This document shows, one piece after another, positions 62,201 to 64,000 of a DNA stretch of 64,000 bases (positions are counted from its first letter, which is position 1; each line of letters begins with the position of its first letter). Both the position numbers and the translations under genes were made by a program. The notes beneath the pieces are model-generated. The model made no database searches, had not been told where the DNA came from, and saw only the letters and a program-made list of their open reading frames with translations. Origin of the DNA: Macrostomum lignano (Eukaryota); NCBI GenBank assembly GCA_002269645.1, contig NIVC01000997.1, positions 1 through 64,000 of the forward strand, read 5' to 3'.

Positions 62201-62326
62201 ATCAAAATCCGTGCGAGGTTGACAACGGAGGCTGCGAGCACCTGTGCGAGGTGATCAGGCCGGGCAGGCACCAGTGCAAATGCCTCAGCGGTTACACACT
62301 GGCCTCTGATCAGAAGAAGTGTCAAG
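62201..62326 (+). CDS. MEGF6: MEGF6-like exon (EGF)
   Basis: QNPCEVDNGGCEHLCEVIRPGRHQCKCLSGYTLASDQKKCQ. Confidence 0.9.
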
Positions 62327-62449
62327 GTTAGTATCGAGTTTCGCTTTGTTTTTTGAGTAATTTTTTTGATAACTTTGTTGATTCATATCAAAACGGGTAT
62401 TTCCGTTCTTTTTGATAACTATAACATTAATTCCCCTATTTTTCCTCAG

Positions 62450-62575
62450 CGCAAAATCCCTGCTCGGTTAGCAACGGCGGCTGCCAGCACGAGTGCACAA
62501 ATCGGAATGGCAAGGCCGAGTGCCGCTGCTACAGCGGCTTCGATGTCAGCCCCAGTGATCCGCGCAGCTGCGTTG
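62450..62575 (+). CDS. MEGF6: MEGF6-like exon (EGF)
   Basis: QNPCSVSNGGCQHECTNRNGKAECRCYSGFDVSPSDPRSCV. Confidence 0.9.
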
Positions 62576-63422
62576 GTCAGTATGAAAACTTATCAACCCC
62601 CGCTCAAGATTTTAGACACCCGCCTCACGCCCTAACAGATTCTATTTTTAGATGTACATTAAATGTACATTCTCCGGATAATCGCTTGTTAGATTCTTTA
62701 GAGCAAATGAGTCCCTCTTTTAAACCACCCCCCTTTTAATTTGATAACCAAAGCCTAGCTTAACAGATTCTATTTTTAGACGTGGAATAACTGTACATTC
62801 AGCCATACATTGCTCATTGGATTCTCTACCACCACCCCACTCCTCTTTGCAACCACCTCTTGCCTAAAGGATTCTATTTCTAGACGTACATGTAATACAC
62901 TTATTACGAGGCATCTCTCGGGATTCCCTCTAGAACACAACAACCACCCCAGATTTTATTTTTAGACTGCATGCATGGTTGAATTCCTGGTCTAACATTC
63001 CCGCAGATACTAAAATAGCTAGATGGGCCACTCAGGCATACTTAGTAAAACAGCTTTCTACTTTTAGTTCAGTAGCAAAGAAGAATATATAAATTTTATT
63101 AAAAAAGGCAGCTGAAATGACTTTGATAAGTTTAGAAGCCTAAGCTTGAAGGCGTAAACAGCTTTAGGCTGAAATTCCGAGAAAGGCAATAAAAATTGGG
63201 GTGGGTCGAGGGGGGTAGTGTGGAAAGGCGCGGTTGGGTTTAGGCTGGGGGCTGAATAAATGATTTTGGCTTTAAAAGTACAATAAAATTCTTCTGTTTA
63301 ACTTACTACTGAACGGAAAGTAGCTTACACGCAAATGTGCTGAGTAGCCAATCTAGTTATTCTAGTATCTGTGAACATTCCTAATCAACGGTTCTAAATT
63401 CCTAACTGGAAAAATACTTCAG

Positions 63423-63551
63423 ACATAAACGAGTGCGACAAGAACGGAGGCCGGGGTCCGTGCGATCACATCTGCAAAAATGTGCACGGTGCCTACAGCT
63501 GCGAGTGCAACCCTGGCTGGCAGATTGGCACCGATGGGCACACCTGCTATC
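63423..63551 (+). CDS. MEGF6: MEGF6-like exon (calcium-binding EGF); gene continues beyond the window (next acceptor at 63994-63995)
   Basis: DINECDKNGGRGPCDHICKNVHGAYSCECNPGWQIGTDGHTCY. Confidence 0.92.
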
Positions 63552-64000
63552 GTGAGTGTAGCATTACGCTATTATAGTGGATTGGCAGCCGTATTGATTG
63601 CATTGAGTTCGCGTGTAATTTTATAAGAAAAGATTATAAGTACATGTGTACTTTTAGTGACTTATGCGAAAGCATTTTCATTTTCAGTACGAATGCACTT
63701 TTAAAGTTATCGTGAATGCCGCGTGTACTTTTGTGGCTATATTTAGTGCACGCGTATAACCTTTTAGCTGTTTGCGAGTGCGCATGCACTGTGAGAACTA
63801 ATATGAGAACATTTGTAATTTTTCAGCTAATATAGCAAAACTGCACGTGTACTTTTACATAGATTATTTAGTGCGTGTGTACTAAATATTTAAAGTACAT
63901 ATGCACATAATTACACTAACTTTGGCTTTAATTAAAATAAGTTATAATTAAGAAGTTTAATAAGTTTAACGTATAATATTTCCCATTCTTCACAGCCGAT

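Overview
Eukaryotic (metazoan) genomic DNA. GC-rich exons, introns packed with private minisatellites and TTAGGG-type repeats resemble the flatworm Macrostomum lignano (inference). Host genes, all on the + strand and spliced by hand from GT/GC-AG sites and reading phase: the frameshifted 3' part of an NHL-repeat gene (272-2801); a complete 8-exon VPS53 (6707-30169, 869 aa); a complete 4-exon SHQ1 (34022-36644, 446 aa); an orphan single-TM Gly-rich ORF (42570-43163); and the 5' part of an EMI+EGF (MEGF6-like) gene (47609 to beyond the window end). Mobile DNA: a Merlin/IS1595-type transposase remnant, an intact DD37E Tc1-like (TRT-type) element with an IR-DR end structure, hAT-type MITEs and a CORE-SINE. 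The most interesting structure lies in the 14-kb first intron of VPS53: a ~9.8-kb minus-strand Helitron (10192-19971) with canonical A|TC ... hairpin-CTAG|T ends. It carries the last exon of a PIF1-type helicase, an intact 3-exon two-OB-fold RPA70-like gene and, transcribed divergently from it, an intact 2-exon micro-gene not given whole in the ORF track. That micro-gene encodes an 89-aa Arg/Gly-rich + CCHC zinc-knuckle + polyQ protein. The helicase and RPA genes each end in a copy of the same ~1.6-1.8-kb block with inverted repeats, a hairpin and satellite arrays. Most long ORFs in the supplied track are translations of tandem repeats.
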